This document shows, in pieces, positions 1 through 10,934 of a DNA stretch of 31,556 nucleotides (its first letter is position 1; every line of letters begins with the position of its first letter). The stretch comes from Bdellovibrionia bacterium (GTDB lineage Bacteria; Bdellovibrionota; UBA1018): the NCBI GenBank assembly GCA_049424145.1, contig JBMSSC010000015.1, forward strand, positions 1 through 31,556, in the 5' to 3' direction. The notes under the pieces are model-generated. The model was given only the letters and a program-made list of their open reading frames with translations, made no database searches and was not told where the DNA came from. Position numbers and translations under genes: made by a program.

Positions 1-2
1 CC

Positions 3-1478
3 CCCCTCCACCTGATCCATCCAGTCTTGTACCTGGTTCCGAGAGATCCGATGAAGCGTGATGTTCTGAAGATTTTTAGGCAGAATTCGGTAGCGATGAG
101 TGAAACCATTTCCCTTATCCGTCTCGGCAAACAGGGGGTAGTCAGAAACCACCAGAACGGGATCAATCGAAAAAACGCCCCCTTTGCCCGTCACACCTGC
201 AGCCTTTGGCTGACCCACGATCCGAACGGAAGCCCCAGAGAGGAGCCGCTCAGGAGAGTCGGCGCTCTCGGAGAGACTCACTCGCCCTGAAAACTGAGCG
301 TACGAAATAGAAGTCAAATCCAAGTAGGTGGCCATCTGAGAAAGCACTGGAAAGGCGACAGCACCGCTCGAAGAGTTCCCCAAGGACTCGAGGAACATCA
401 GATGTGCGCCTGGAACTGCGTTTAAGAACACAAAGTAACGATCCATCTCGGTGTCCGAGGGGCCCAGGGGCTTGAGATCCCTTGAAAGGTACACGGGAGC
501 CTCAGCTCGTCCTGAGAACTCGAGCTTCCAACCGGCCCTGAGCTTTCCAAAGACAATCCCTGAATCTGAGCTCAGTGCAACTCCGGCCAGTGAGCTCAAC
601 ACCCGAGCCGCGTTCTCTGAGATCATTTGAGTTTCTCGGTCTTGAAACGCGCCTCCCACCCACTGCACCGTCGGCAAGTGAAAAGAACCGTAGGAGATCA
701 CCCAGCCCGTCTCGCCCGGCTCTTGGGAGAGGGCCTCCGTATAGGCGTCATGAATTGGCGTCTGCGCTTCAAAGGCCTCCAGGTAGTGTCGTTGCCTAAG
801 ACTCACGTCGGAGGAATCGGCTGAAGCAGAACCTTCGGAAAGGGGATGAGAAACGCTGATCTGAACCTGATCCGTGAACACGCCTGGGTAATTGACGGCC
901 AGCTGAGTATGAGCCTTCTCAAGAGTCACAGCCTCACCCACGGGGTCTACCCCCCCTTTTTGATTGGCTTGTGCCTTGGCCTCAGCCTTCGCCGCTTGAT
1001 TCATCCAGGAGGCAAACGCATTGCGCTGCTGCATGGCGTTGGCCGCAAGATAGTATTGAGTGGAGGGCGATTCAATGAGTGCGGCCAAATTGGAACGTAA
1101 GGCCGAGTACTCAAGCTCATTCAAACGCTCCCTCAAGGCAACGAAGTCAAACTTTTCAGCCTGCCCTCGAACCTCAATAGGGATGTCACGAAACCCTTGG
1201 GGGATGAGTTGATTCCATTCCTGAACGCACCGAACCCATTGGGTGACCTCATCCGGCTCAGGACTTGGAGGGACAGATGGAGCACGCAAGTTCCACTGAG
1301 AACTTGTCCCATGAACCACCTGGGCCAGCACGGGGTTTGGCCCGATCGCAAGAACCCCACTGAGCACTCCCATCACCCAGAGCGTTGGGCTTTTCGCCGT
1401 AGGAACCCTAAGAAAACGTGGGCTCAACCAAGAAAAGGGACTTCGCAGTTGGGTGGTGTGAAATTCGCGTGGTGTCAT
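3..1478 (-). CDS. Large secreted protein, truncated by the window edge, with a probable carboxypeptidase-regulatory-like (prealbumin-fold) domain
   Basis: Absent from the ORF track because it has no stop in the window. Manual minus-strand translation is open from ATG 1478 (alternative ATG 1553) to the edge: MTPREFHTTQ...TLWVMGVLSGVLAIGPNPVLAQ (signal-peptide-like) ... FSGRVSLSESADSPERLLSGASVRIVGQPKAAGVTGKGGVFSIDPV, matching the G-x-V...L-x-GA-x-V...T-x-x-x-G-x-F pattern. Confidence 0.8.
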   Translation of the reverse strand, partial: MTPREFHTTQLRSPFSWLSPRFLRVPTAKSPTLWVMGVLSGVLAIGPNPVLAQVVHGTSSQWNLRAPSVPPSPEPDEVTQWVRCVQEWNQLIPQGFRDIPIEVRGQAEKFDFVALRERLNELEYSALRSNLAALIESPSTQYYLAANAMQQRNAFASWMNQAAKAEAKAQANQKGGVDPVGEAVTLEKAHTQLAVNYPGVFTDQVQISVSHPLSEGSASADSSDVSLRQRHYLEAFEAQTPIHDAYTEALSQEPGETGWVISYGSFHLPTVQWVGGAFQDRETQMISENAARVLSSLAGVALSSDSGIVFGKLRAGWKLEFSGRAEAPVYLSRDLKPLGPSDTEMDRYFVFLNAVPGAHLMFLESLGNSSSGAVAFPVLSQMATYLDLTSISYAQFSGRVSLSESADSPERLLSGASVRIVGQPKAAGVTGKGGVFSIDPVLVVSDYPLFAETDKGNGFTHRYRILPKNLQNITLHRISRNQVQDWMDQVEG

Positions 1479-1695
1479 GTGGTTACCCCGATGCTCCACC
1501 CTAAGAGCGTGAGCAGAGAGAGCCCTCGCTTTTTGGGTGCTCCCTCCATGCATACACGAAATTCTGTTTTTTTCAAAGTCGCTGAAAATGAGGCTGAGTG
1601 AACCCTATGCCCATCACCCAGCAGATGACCTGAAGAACTGACGACCGAATTGAATGGATCCGTGTTTTTGAATTCCATAATTAATCTATAATTAT

Positions 1696-1724
1696 AGAAT
1701 AAATTAACAACACCTTTCTGACAA
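1696..1724 (-). promoter_or_regulatory. Candidate sigma70 promoter for the left-edge gene
   Basis: Minus strand TTGTCA (1724-1719)-N17-TATTCT (1701-1696) in an AT-rich gap; it overlaps the palindrome TCTATAATTATAGA (1685-1698). Confidence 0.45.
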
Positions 1725-1761
1725 GACTCAATTCAGCTGAAGATCACCTTGAGAGCTGACC

Positions 1762-2172
1762 CTATTTGACGCCAATTTGTTGGCGAATGAGCGCCCGCTG
1801 AAGCTTCAACTGATACTTCTTAAACTGATGCTCATCCAGATCGGCCTGCTTGAGCGTCTCCTCAGCCAAAAGCTGAGCCTTTCTTGCTCGACTCAGGTCA
1901 ATCTCCTTGGCTAGCTCCAGCGTCTCAGCCATCACTTGGATGCAATCCCCCTGAACTTCAAAAAACCCAGAGGAAATCACCCCGCGAACAAAAGCACCGC
2001 TCTCCAGTTGATACTGAAACAGCCCTGTCTCCAGCGTCCCAATCATCGGCCGATGCCCGGGCAAGATTTGAATCTGTCCTTCACTGCCTGTGAGCACCAC
2101 CTCCCGAACCGTCACGTTCTCAATGAGACGACGCTCAGGGGAGAGAATGCTTAGCTTTAAAGCTTCACTCAC
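1762..2172 (-). CDS. atpC: F1 ATP synthase epsilon subunit
   Basis: LSILSPER...GSEGQIQILPGHRPMIGTL...SGFFEV motif and C-terminal helical hairpin; follows atpD; GTG start with AGGAG RBS. Confidence 0.96.
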   Translation of the reverse strand: MSEALKLSILSPERRLIENVTVREVVLTGSEGQIQILPGHRPMIGTLETGLFQYQLESGAFVRGVISSGFFEVQGDCIQVMAETLELAKEIDLSRARKAQLLAEETLKQADLDEHQFKKYQLKLQRALIRQQIGVK

Positions 2173-2222
2173 GATACCTTCTCCTTAGCTCTCATGGGGA
2201 GAAAACTCCCGCTGAAGTGCTC

Positions 2223-3665
<1,443 letters not shown>

Positions 3666-3706
3666 TCAATAACGAAACACTGAAACATTAAAAAATTGAA
3701 ACTCAT

Positions 3707-4624
3707 TCACCCTTTTTGAGACTCGCTTCCGGCAATGATCTCCAGAAGCTCCTTGGTGATGCCTCCCTGACGCTGCTTATTGTACTGGAGCGTGAGGGCT
3801 TGAATCATCTCTCCGGCGTTCTTCGTGGCGTTCTCCATGGCGGACATTCGCGCACCATGCTCACCCGCCTGAGACTCCAGAAGGATCCGAAAGCACTGAA
3901 TCGCAAAATGCTTGGTCATCAACTGCTCAAAAACTTGCTTGGCCCCAGGCTTCACCAAAAACCCAGATGCGTCGGTGATCACTCCCTCCGCGGACGCAGA
4001 GGAACTGGGCAGAGAATCTGGCATCAATGGCAAGAAGGTCTCAACGACCACCCGCTGCGAAACTGCGTTCTTAAATTCATTATAAATAAACTGAACGCTC
4101 TCCACGTCTCCCTGCTCGTAACGCGCCACAAGAGAGCTAGCCAGCTGCCTTGCTTTGAGGAAATTCACCTTCCCGCCTTGCTCCGCGTAGTAGGTGCCAA
4201 CTTTCACACCCTTGTGCTTAAAAAAATCGTGCCCCCTTCGTCCAACGAAGGCAAATTCCACGGGCTTCCCACGGTTCTCAGGAGCCGCCATCCACCTCTG
4301 TGCCGTCTTAATGACGTTTGAATTAAACCCGCCACATAGACCACGATCCGAGGTCACCAGCACCAACACGGTGAGTTTCTCACTGACCCCTTCACGAGCT
4401 CCCGCTGAGAGCGGCTGACCCACCAAGGGATGAGTCCCCACTGCCTCGTCGACCGAAAGCTTCTGAATTAAGTTTCGGGTCGCCTGCGCATAGGGACGTT
4501 GATTCAGGATCGCTTCTTGCGCCCGCCTCAGTTTCGCTGCCGAGACCATTTTCATCGCGCGGGTCGTCTGCTGTGTGTTTTTCACAGTGCCGATCCGCTT
4601 TTTGATGTCTTTTATACTAGCCAT
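3707..4624 (-). CDS. atpG: F1 ATP synthase gamma subunit
   Basis: MKMVSAAKL, TSDRGLCGGFN, EHGARMSAMENATKNA and ITKELLEI motifs. Confidence 0.99.
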   Translation of the reverse strand: MASIKDIKKRIGTVKNTQQTTRAMKMVSAAKLRRAQEAILNQRPYAQATRNLIQKLSVDEAVGTHPLVGQPLSAGAREGVSEKLTVLVLVTSDRGLCGGFNSNVIKTAQRWMAAPENRGKPVEFAFVGRRGHDFFKHKGVKVGTYYAEQGGKVNFLKARQLASSLVARYEQGDVESVQFIYNEFKNAVSQRVVVETFLPLMPDSLPSSSASAEGVITDASGFLVKPGAKQVFEQLMTKHFAIQCFRILLESQAGEHGARMSAMENATKNAGEMIQALTLQYNKQRQGGITKELLEIIAGSESQKG

Positions 4625-4648
4625 GAAGAATTTGCCTCAATTGCAAAA

Positions 4649-6157
4649 TTAAGCCACAAACACTGCATCAAAGTCTTGAAGAGCCTTCTCCAATTTTGCT
4701 TTCAAAGTGTCGTCAATCTTACCGCTGGAACTGATTTCCTTGTAAATCTCAGGATGAGTCTTATCCAAATAGGACCCAAGCTGAACCTCATACTCTCTGA
4801 GCTTTGAAACCGGATACTGATCTAAAAACCCATGAGTGCCTGCGTAAATGATCACAATCTGACGCTCCACTGACATCGGTGCGTATTGAGACTGCTTTAA
4901 AATTTCAGTCAACCTCTGACCTCGAGCCAACTGCTTTTGCGTGGCGGGATCCAAATCGCTTCCGAACTGAGCAAAAGCTGCTTTTTCTCGGTACTGAGCC
5001 AAATCCAATCGCAGAGTCCCTGCCACCTGCCTCATGGCCTTAATCTGAGCCGAACCCCCCACGCGAGAAACGGAAATCCCCACGTTCACCGCAGGCCTCA
5101 CGCCTGAGTAAAACAGATCGCTTTCTAAGAAGATCTGACCATCGGTGATCGAAATCACGTTGGTGGGAATATACGCAGAAACGTCACCCGCCTGAGTTTC
5201 AATGATCGGAAGAGCTGTGAGAGAGCCCCCTCCGAGCTTATCGGAAAGCTTTGCTGCTCGCTCTAGAAGCCTGGAGTGAAGATAAAACACGTCGCCCGGA
5301 TACGCTTCACGACCGGGAGGACGACGAAGCAGAAGCGACAACTGTCGGTAGGCTTGAGCCTGTTTTGTTAAGTCATCGTACACAATTAATGCATGCTTGC
5401 CCTGATCCCGAAACCACTCTCCCATCGTCACACCCGTATAAGCAGAGAGGAACTGAAGGGGAGCTTGATCCGATGCTGTTGCAGCCACCACAATCGTGTG
5501 CTCCAACGCACCGTTGGCCCGTAACTTATCCACGACCTGAGCCACAGTGGATTGCTTTTGGCCAATCGCCACGTAAATGCAATAAACGCCTCGGCCCTTC
5601 TGATTGATGATCGTGTCTAAGGCCACCGCAGTCTTTCCGGTCTGACGATCGCCAATGATCAGCTCTCGTTGACCCCGACCAATCGGAATCATCGCGTCAA
5701 TGGCTTTTAACCCGGTTTGAAGCGGCTCTTTCACCGACTGACGCTCGACAATTCCAGGAGCCTTGATTTCAACTTTTCGATACTCTTGGGTCTGAATCTC
5801 ACCTTTTCCATCGATCGGAAGCCCCAAAGCATTCACCACACGGCCCAACAGGGCCTCGCCCACGGGAACCTGAACGATCTTATTCGTTCGCTTCACGACG
5901 GAGCCTTCACGCACCAACGTGTCGTCTCCCAAGATGGCAATCCCCACGCTCTCTTCTTCCAGATTGAGAATCATCCCTTTGACGCCGTTTCCGAAGTCCA
6001 CCAGCTCACCGGCCATGGCCTTTTCCAAGCCATACACCTTAGCCACACCGTCACCCACGGCAACCACCGTTCCGGTTTCTGAGACGTCTAGGCGTTTCTC
6101 AAAGTTCGCAATCTGCGATTTTAAAATCTGTGTAATTTCTTCTGGACGAATTTGCAT
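4649..6157 (-). CDS. atpA: F1 ATP synthase alpha subunit
   Basis: GDRQTGKT Walker A and [23 protein letters not shown] motifs. Confidence 0.99.
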   Translation of the reverse strand: MQIRPEEITQILKSQIANFEKRLDVSETGTVVAVGDGVAKVYGLEKAMAGELVDFGNGVKGMILNLEEESVGIAILGDDTLVREGSVVKRTNKIVQVPVGEALLGRVVNALGLPIDGKGEIQTQEYRKVEIKAPGIVERQSVKEPLQTGLKAIDAMIPIGRGQRELIIGDRQTGKTAVALDTIINQKGRGVYCIYVAIGQKQSTVAQVVDKLRANGALEHTIVVAATASDQAPLQFLSAYTGVTMGEWFRDQGKHALIVYDDLTKQAQAYRQLSLLLRRPPGREAYPGDVFYLHSRLLERAAKLSDKLGGGSLTALPIIETQAGDVSAYIPTNVISITDGQIFLESDLFYSGVRPAVNVGISVSRVGGSAQIKAMRQVAGTLRLDLAQYREKAAFAQFGSDLDPATQKQLARGQRLTEILKQSQYAPMSVERQIVIIYAGTHGFLDQYPVSKLREYEVQLGSYLDKTHPEIYKEISSSGKIDDTLKAKLEKALQDFDAVFVA

Positions 6158-6187
6158 ACCTTCCTCGAAACAATGAAGTTCAGTGAT

Positions 6188-6748
6188 TTAAGCGTATGAG
6201 CCGGGAAGCCCGGTTACAAAACGATCACGGAGTTTTTGAAGTTGAGAGCGAAGCGTACCATCGTACGTCACTCCATTTACAGTAACTTTGAGACCCGCAA
6301 GTAGGGACGGATCTAGAGATACTTGAAACAAGACTTTTTTTCCAAACTTTTTAGAAAGCGCAGATGAAAGAGAATCCATTTCTTCTGCAGAAATCGGCTC
6401 AGCCACCACCAGCTGACCCGAAATCGAGCCTTCTTTTTCCAAGCGAAATGCGTGAAAAGCCTGAACCATGTCCGGCAATAGAGAAAGGCGCCCTTTTTTC
6501 ACCAAGAGGTGAAAAAACCGAGTTTCCAAGAAGCTCAAATTCAGTTTCTTGGCCAAATCATCGATCACTTCGCTCTTTTCCTTCAACGTTGAAAGAGGGC
6601 TCATCAAAGCCACACACGCCTCAGCTGAGGATCGAAGAACCGAGACCAACTGCCCCAGACGAGTCTCCACATCCTGGATCTGACTCAGTTGATTCGTTCC
6701 CTCAAAGGCGTAGTAAAGAGCATGAGCGTAAGAATGGGCGATACTCAT
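6188..6748 (-). CDS. atpH: ATP synthase delta (OSCP) subunit
   Basis: YAHAL N-terminus and DPSLLAGLKVTVNGVTYDGTLRSQL C-terminus; located between atpF and atpA. Confidence 0.93.
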   Translation of the reverse strand: MSIAHSYAHALYYAFEGTNQLSQIQDVETRLGQLVSVLRSSAEACVALMSPLSTLKEKSEVIDDLAKKLNLSFLETRFFHLLVKKGRLSLLPDMVQAFHAFRLEKEGSISGQLVVAEPISAEEMDSLSSALSKKFGKKVLFQVSLDPSLLAGLKVTVNGVTYDGTLRSQLQKLRDRFVTGLPGSYA

Positions 6749-7248
6749 TGTACGGTCTCCGGTTGTTTTTTCATCTCCTGGAAGGTCTCCAACTGACGAG
6801 AGAACTCCTTTTGAATGCTGAGTTGATCCGTTTTGGTGAGCCTTTGAGAAATCAAAACCTCAGCTCGGTCTAGGACCTGTAAACTGAACTCGGTATAAAG
6901 TTGATTTTTCAGGTCCGCAAAAAGTCCTGCAGCCACATCTCGTGCATCAGAAATGCTCATGGAAGAAAGCCGCCGCGCATCCGACTGAGTGCGCTGCTGA
7001 AATATCTGTGAATCTTGTTTCCGCTGTTCCCTTAAATTTTGCACTTCTGCGTCCACAGCCTTGAGCTTAGCTGAAAACTCATCGTACCTTTCTTGAGCCT
7101 GCTGCAGCTCTTGACGAACGGATTCGAGCTCTTTTTTAATCAGCTCGTGACGCTCCAGCACATACTGCCGAATGGGACCCTTGGTTTTATAAAACAAAAC
7201 CGCAATCAGAATGGAGAAATTTAAAAATGAAATCAGAAGACTTTCCAT
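6745..7248 (-). CDS. atpF: F0 subunit b
   Basis: N-terminal TM helix (LNFSILIAVLFYKTKGPI) followed by a long charged coiled coil; operon position. Confidence 0.88.
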   Translation of the reverse strand: MESLLISFLNFSILIAVLFYKTKGPIRQYVLERHELIKKELESVRQELQQAQERYDEFSAKLKAVDAEVQNLREQRKQDSQIFQQRTQSDARRLSSMSISDARDVAAGLFADLKNQLYTEFSLQVLDRAEVLISQRLTKTDQLSIQKEFSRQLETFQEMKKQPETVQ

Positions 7249-7252
7249 GGTC

Positions 7253-7696
7253 CTAGGCTTTCCTTGACAGTAAACGATCGGAGACTTCTTGCGCTAAGCG
7301 CTCCAGATCGGCTTTTAAACTGGCTTTCAGATGGTCCCGCTGTTGAGAAACCGAGTCCACTGCTTCTTGAGTGATTTTTTTAGCCTCAGCCCGAGCATCG
7401 GCCAAGATCTTAGCTTCTTCCTTTTTTGCCTGAGCAACGAGGAGTTCATAGTCTTGTTTCATCGCCGCTTTTTCTGCCGACAAAATAGACTTGTACTCTT
7501 CCCATTTTTGTTCAGCTTGGGACGCAAGCTTGGCAGCAGATTCTCGGTCCTCAACCGTCTTCTTGTGCCTCAGCTCAAAGAGCTTTAAAAAAGGCTTAAA
7601 GTAGACCTGCGAAAGAATGAGAAAAATCCCCGCAAGAATGGCCAACTCATAAAAAAATGTCTTGTCTAACCCTAACTGGTTAAGAAGTGCGTCCAC
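7253..7696 (-). CDS. atpF: F0 subunit b' (second b paralogue)
   Basis: TM helix with YFKPFLKLFELR followed by a coiled coil; GTG start with GGAG RBS. Confidence 0.88.
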   Translation of the reverse strand: MDALLNQLGLDKTFFYELAILAGIFLILSQVYFKPFLKLFELRHKKTVEDRESAAKLASQAEQKWEEYKSILSAEKAAMKQDYELLVAQAKKEEAKILADARAEAKKITQEAVDSVSQQRDHLKASLKADLERLAQEVSDRLLSRKA

Positions 7697-7746
7697 GTCT
7701 ACGCTCCAAAGATTTCTAGGCGTTTATGATTGGGAAACTTAGACGG

Positions 7747-7776
7747 TGGCTAACACATCGCCAAGCTCCGGGTCAA
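7747..7776 (-). promoter_or_regulatory. Candidate promoter of the atp operon
   Basis: TTGACC (7776-7771)-N18-TAGCCA (7752-7747) with a TGn extended -10. Confidence 0.45.
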
Positions 7777-7790
7777 GCCAACATTTGGTT

Positions 7791-8186
7791 CTACTTTTGA
7801 AAATCGGCCTGCGCCGGAACTTGAACCGGAGCGTGAGCCATTTTATTGCTCCCCTCGAAAATCACTCCATCGTCCACACTGAGGCTGGGCGTGAGGATGT
7901 CACCACGAAAAATTGCTGGCCGATGAATCTCCACTCGGTACTGGGCCCGCAAAGTGCCCTGCACTTCACCACTGATGATAATCACGCCGGCTTCAATCTG
8001 AGCCTCCACGCGGGCCCCTTCCCCAATGATGAGGGTATCAGGAGTATAAATCTGCCCTCGAAAAATGCCCCCGATTCGAACCGTCCCGTGAAAGCAAAGC
8101 TTCCCCTCAAACTCACACCCCTGGTCCAAAATGGCACTCACCAAGGGCTGAGTCACTGGCACGCTTAAATCCTTTGAGTTCGCCAT
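7791..8186 (-). CDS. Bactofilin (polymer-forming cytoskeletal protein)
   Basis: Beta-helix repeats: ILDQGCEFEGKLCFHGTVRIGGIFRGQI...LIIGEGARVEAQI...ISGEVQGTL...GDILTPSLSVDDGVIFEG. Confidence 0.92.
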   Translation of the reverse strand: MANSKDLSVPVTQPLVSAILDQGCEFEGKLCFHGTVRIGGIFRGQIYTPDTLIIGEGARVEAQIEAGVIIISGEVQGTLRAQYRVEIHRPAIFRGDILTPSLSVDDGVIFEGSNKMAHAPVQVPAQADFQK

Positions 8187-8200
8187 TGTTCTCCCCCTTC

Positions 8201-9178
8201 TTAGCCTTGAAGTCCTTCTAAAATCCGATCCAACTCCTGGCGTGAGCCATAGTGAAAGACAATTTTGCCCTTCTTTTCATTTCCTTTCACTTCCACGCGC
8301 GTGGACCACTGACGCGTGAGATCTTGGGCTAAGTTCGAAAGCCGCTTTGTCATCGGATCAGCCTTCGAATCGGGAGCAGACCCATTTTCAGCCTTCTTAC
8401 TTTGCTTCATGGCCTCCACGAGCGCTTCGGTTTCGCGAACACTGAGCTTCTTTTCAATCACCTGGTTTCTGGCTCGCAGACGCTGTTCTGTGTCGTCCAG
8501 GCCTAATAGGGCTTTTCCGTGACCAAAGGAGAGGATTTGACGCTTTAAATCCTCAATCACGGCCTCAGGCAGGCGAAGCAGACGCAGGTAGTTGGCCACA
8601 GTGGCCCGCTCTTTTCCGACACGATCGGAGACCTCTTCTTGGGTCAGGGAGAATTCCTCGATCAACTGAAAATAAGCCAAGGCCTCATCAATGCAATTGA
8701 GGTTCTGCCGTTGAATGTTCTCCACTAGGGCTAACTCCAGCATTTCTCGATCCGTTGACTTACGGATCACCACAGGAACTTGCTTTAACCCTGCAATCTG
8801 AGCCGCACGAAGCCTTCGCTCCCCGGCAATCAGTTCAAATCCGCCTTTAGGCAGCTTCCTCACCACTAGGGGCTGAATAATGCCATTGGCTCGGATCGAT
8901 TGAGCCAACTCCTCAAGCGCCTGATCCTCAAAATCTCGTCTCGGTTGATAGTGATTGGCCTGAATATCCTGAATAGCCGCCAAACTAATGCCCGGATGTC
9001 GGTCCTTATTCTGAGTACTCTCTGAGGGAACCGCAGGCGGCTTCACTGCCGCGCCGGATTTTTCAGGCGGCCCGAGCTCCACAGGCGAATGCGGAGTCAC
9101 CACCGGCGAAGGGGCGGCTGCCCCCAAATTGGGCAGTAAAGAGGCCAAGCCTTTTCCAAGAACATTTTTTTGAGCCAT
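8201..9178 (-). CDS. parB: Chromosome partitioning protein ParB
   Basis: LGKGLASLL ParA-interaction peptide, QPRRDF, LIAGERRLRA CTP-binding motif, ENIQRQNL and HTH (TQEEVSDRVGKERATVANYLRLL). Confidence 0.98.
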   Translation of the reverse strand: MAQKNVLGKGLASLLPNLGAAAPSPVVTPHSPVELGPPEKSGAAVKPPAVPSESTQNKDRHPGISLAAIQDIQANHYQPRRDFEDQALEELAQSIRANGIIQPLVVRKLPKGGFELIAGERRLRAAQIAGLKQVPVVIRKSTDREMLELALVENIQRQNLNCIDEALAYFQLIEEFSLTQEEVSDRVGKERATVANYLRLLRLPEAVIEDLKRQILSFGHGKALLGLDDTEQRLRARNQVIEKKLSVRETEALVEAMKQSKKAENGSAPDSKADPMTKRLSNLAQDLTRQWSTRVEVKGNEKKGKIVFHYGSRQELDRILEGLQG

Positions 9179-9268
9179 CGTTTTTCTCCATCCAATCGAG
9201 CAAAAGCTCTCTATAGTTGACTAATTTAGTTCGTTAATGGAAGTTTTCTACTTGTTCTGCAGGATCTC

Positions 9269-10117
9269 TCAAGCTGGATTCTGAGCCTCACGGTGAGCGG
9301 CTGAGCCTTTAGCCCGGGACTGAGAGGAAGCTGAAACCAAGGGTTTGGTTTGATTTTTAGCCAATAACTCCTTGGCTAAGTTTAAGTAGGCCAAGCAGCC
9401 TTTGGAATCAATATCATAAAGGACAATTGGCTTTCCAAAGCTCGAGCACTCGCTCAGCCTGACATTTCGAGGCACCACCGTATCAAAGACCTTCTCTCCA
9501 AAGTGAGAGCGGACTTCTTTGACCACCTCGTTCGCCAAATTATTCCGACTATCGAACATGGTCAGAACGATTCCCTCTTCACTTAAGGCTGGATTTAAAC
9601 TTTGCTTCACTAAAGAAACCGTGTGGAGCAATTGAGTGAGACCTTCTAAGGCAAAGTACTCGCACTGAAGCGGAACTAAAAACGTATCGGCAGCCGTGAG
9701 TCCATTGATCGTCAGTAAGCCCAACGACGGAGGGCAATCAATCAGGATGTAGTCAAACTGGTTTTTCACCTCACTGATGGCCGCCTTTAACTTGCCTTCG
9801 CGAGCAAACGCTCCCACGAGCTCAATTTCCGCGCCAGCTAAATCGGGAGTGGCCGGAGCAACAAATAAGCACTCCATTTCCGTCGGCTGAATGATGCGAG
9901 ACAGTTTGACTTGACCGATTAAGGCTTGGTAAATGGTGGAGCGCTCACCAATGGATGCACGATCCAAACCGAAAGCCGAGCTGGCGTTGCCTTGAGGATC
10001 AAAATCGATGACTAAAGTCCTCTTTTCGGCAATCGCTAGAGAAGCAGCCAGGTTGACAGCGGTCGTTGTTTTCCCCACTCCACCTTTTTGATTAGCAATT
10101 GCAATGACTTTGCCCAT
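9269..10117 (-). CDS. parA: Chromosome partitioning ATPase ParA/Soj
   Basis: NQKGGVGKTT deviant Walker A, DPQGNAS and DCPPSLG. Start set at ATG 10117 with a GGGAG RBS; the ORF track extends to 10171. Confidence 0.98.
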   Translation of the reverse strand: MGKVIAIANQKGGVGKTTTAVNLAASLAIAEKRTLVIDFDPQGNASSAFGLDRASIGERSTIYQALIGQVKLSRIIQPTEMECLFVAPATPDLAGAEIELVGAFAREGKLKAAISEVKNQFDYILIDCPPSLGLLTINGLTAADTFLVPLQCEYFALEGLTQLLHTVSLVKQSLNPALSEEGIVLTMFDSRNNLANEVVKEVRSHFGEKVFDTVVPRNVRLSECSSFGKPIVLYDIDSKGCLAYLNLAKELLAKNQTKPLVSASSQSRAKGSAAHREAQNPA

Positions 10118-10221
10118 TGAGTACTCCCATCTCAACGCTCCTTGGTTCTGAGTCAAAAGAGCGAATTTCAATTCGTTTGGATTGGTTTGGATTCACTTTT
10201 TAACGATTCAAATTGAGATTG

Positions 10222-10250
10222 AGAGTATCCGCGAAATGAAACAGACGCAA
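10222..10250 (-). promoter_or_regulatory. Candidate sigma70 promoter of parAB
   Basis: TTGCGT (10250-10245)-N17-TACTCT (10227-10222). Confidence 0.5.
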
Positions 10251-10268
10251 GGCGAATTCATCCTAAAA

Positions 10269-10284
10269 TGTTCCACGTGGAACA
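10269..10284. promoter_or_regulatory. parS: parS centromere site 1
   Basis: Perfect 16-bp palindrome TGTTCCACGTGGAACA matching the widespread parS consensus; it is the centre of a 34-bp perfect palindrome (10260-10293) next to parAB. Confidence 0.95.
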
Positions 10285-10286
10285 TT

Positions 10287-10934
10287 TTAGGATTTGAGTA
10301 CTCGTTTTAAGAGAATGATTTTTCTTTGCTTGTTTTCGAGAGCAATTTCATAGTCTCGCTCATTTTCAACGCGAAGCTCTCCTGAAAACCGGGACTCCTG
10401 AAACTCCAACCACTCCTGGTGCCATCCGGGACCTTTTAAAAGCACCAAAGTGTTCCACGTGGAACATTTTCGGATCCAACCGTAGATTTTCTCGACTTTT
10501 CCCACAGCCCGAGCCACCACACTGCCTAAAGCATGTGATTTTAAATAGGTTTCAGCCCGATCGGAGACCACCTGAACCTGATCTGAAAGACCTAGAGTAT
10601 CCACACAACGACTTAAAAACTGAGCTTTTCGACCTTCAGATTCGGCTAAAACCCAGTTTTGGCCCCCAATCAGTGCAGAAAGTAGCCCTGGAACGCCTCC
10701 TCCTGAGCCTAGATCTAAAGCAGGAAACTCTAAACCCTCTTCTTTGAGCAATTCCAGGCAGTCTTTCACATGATACTGACAGAATTCCTGGGGTGAACTG
10801 AGCCGAGTGAGGTTTTGGACCTGATTTTCCTTCTGAAGCAGATCATAAAACAGAATCACCTGCTCTAACCGCTCCGATGAGAGGGAAAAACCCTCCTTCT
10901 CCAGCATTTTTAAGAGATCCTTACGAAGCTCCAT
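10287..10934 (-). CDS. rsmG: 16S rRNA m7G527 methyltransferase (GidB)
   Basis: NLTRL, H-x-x-D-x-L, LDLGSGGGVPG SAM motif, ARAV and LKGP; mnmG-rsmG-parA-parB synteny. Confidence 0.95.
   Translation of the reverse strand: MELRKDLLKMLEKEGFSLSSERLEQVILFYDLLQKENQVQNLTRLSSPQEFCQYHVKDCLELLKEEGLEFPALDLGSGGGVPGLLSALIGGQNWVLAESEGRKAQFLSRCVDTLGLSDQVQVVSDRAETYLKSHALGSVVARAVGKVEKIYGWIRKCSTWNTLVLLKGPGWHQEWLEFQESRFSGELRVENERDYEIALENKQRKIILLKRVLKS
10451..10466. promoter_or_regulatory. parS: parS centromere site 2 (inside rsmG)
   Basis: Second identical TGTTCCACGTGGAACA, read as CSTWN in RsmG. Confidence 0.93.

Noticed and set aside
27..1678. Short ORFs on both strands, or a possible long ncRNA/intron
   Set aside because: Explained as shadows of the long minus-strand CDS 3..1478.
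1670..1700. dif/Xer-like site (…CATAA-N6-TATAATTATAG)
   Set aside because: Poor match to the XerD arm TTATGTTAAAT, and the region is next to parS rather than the terminus.
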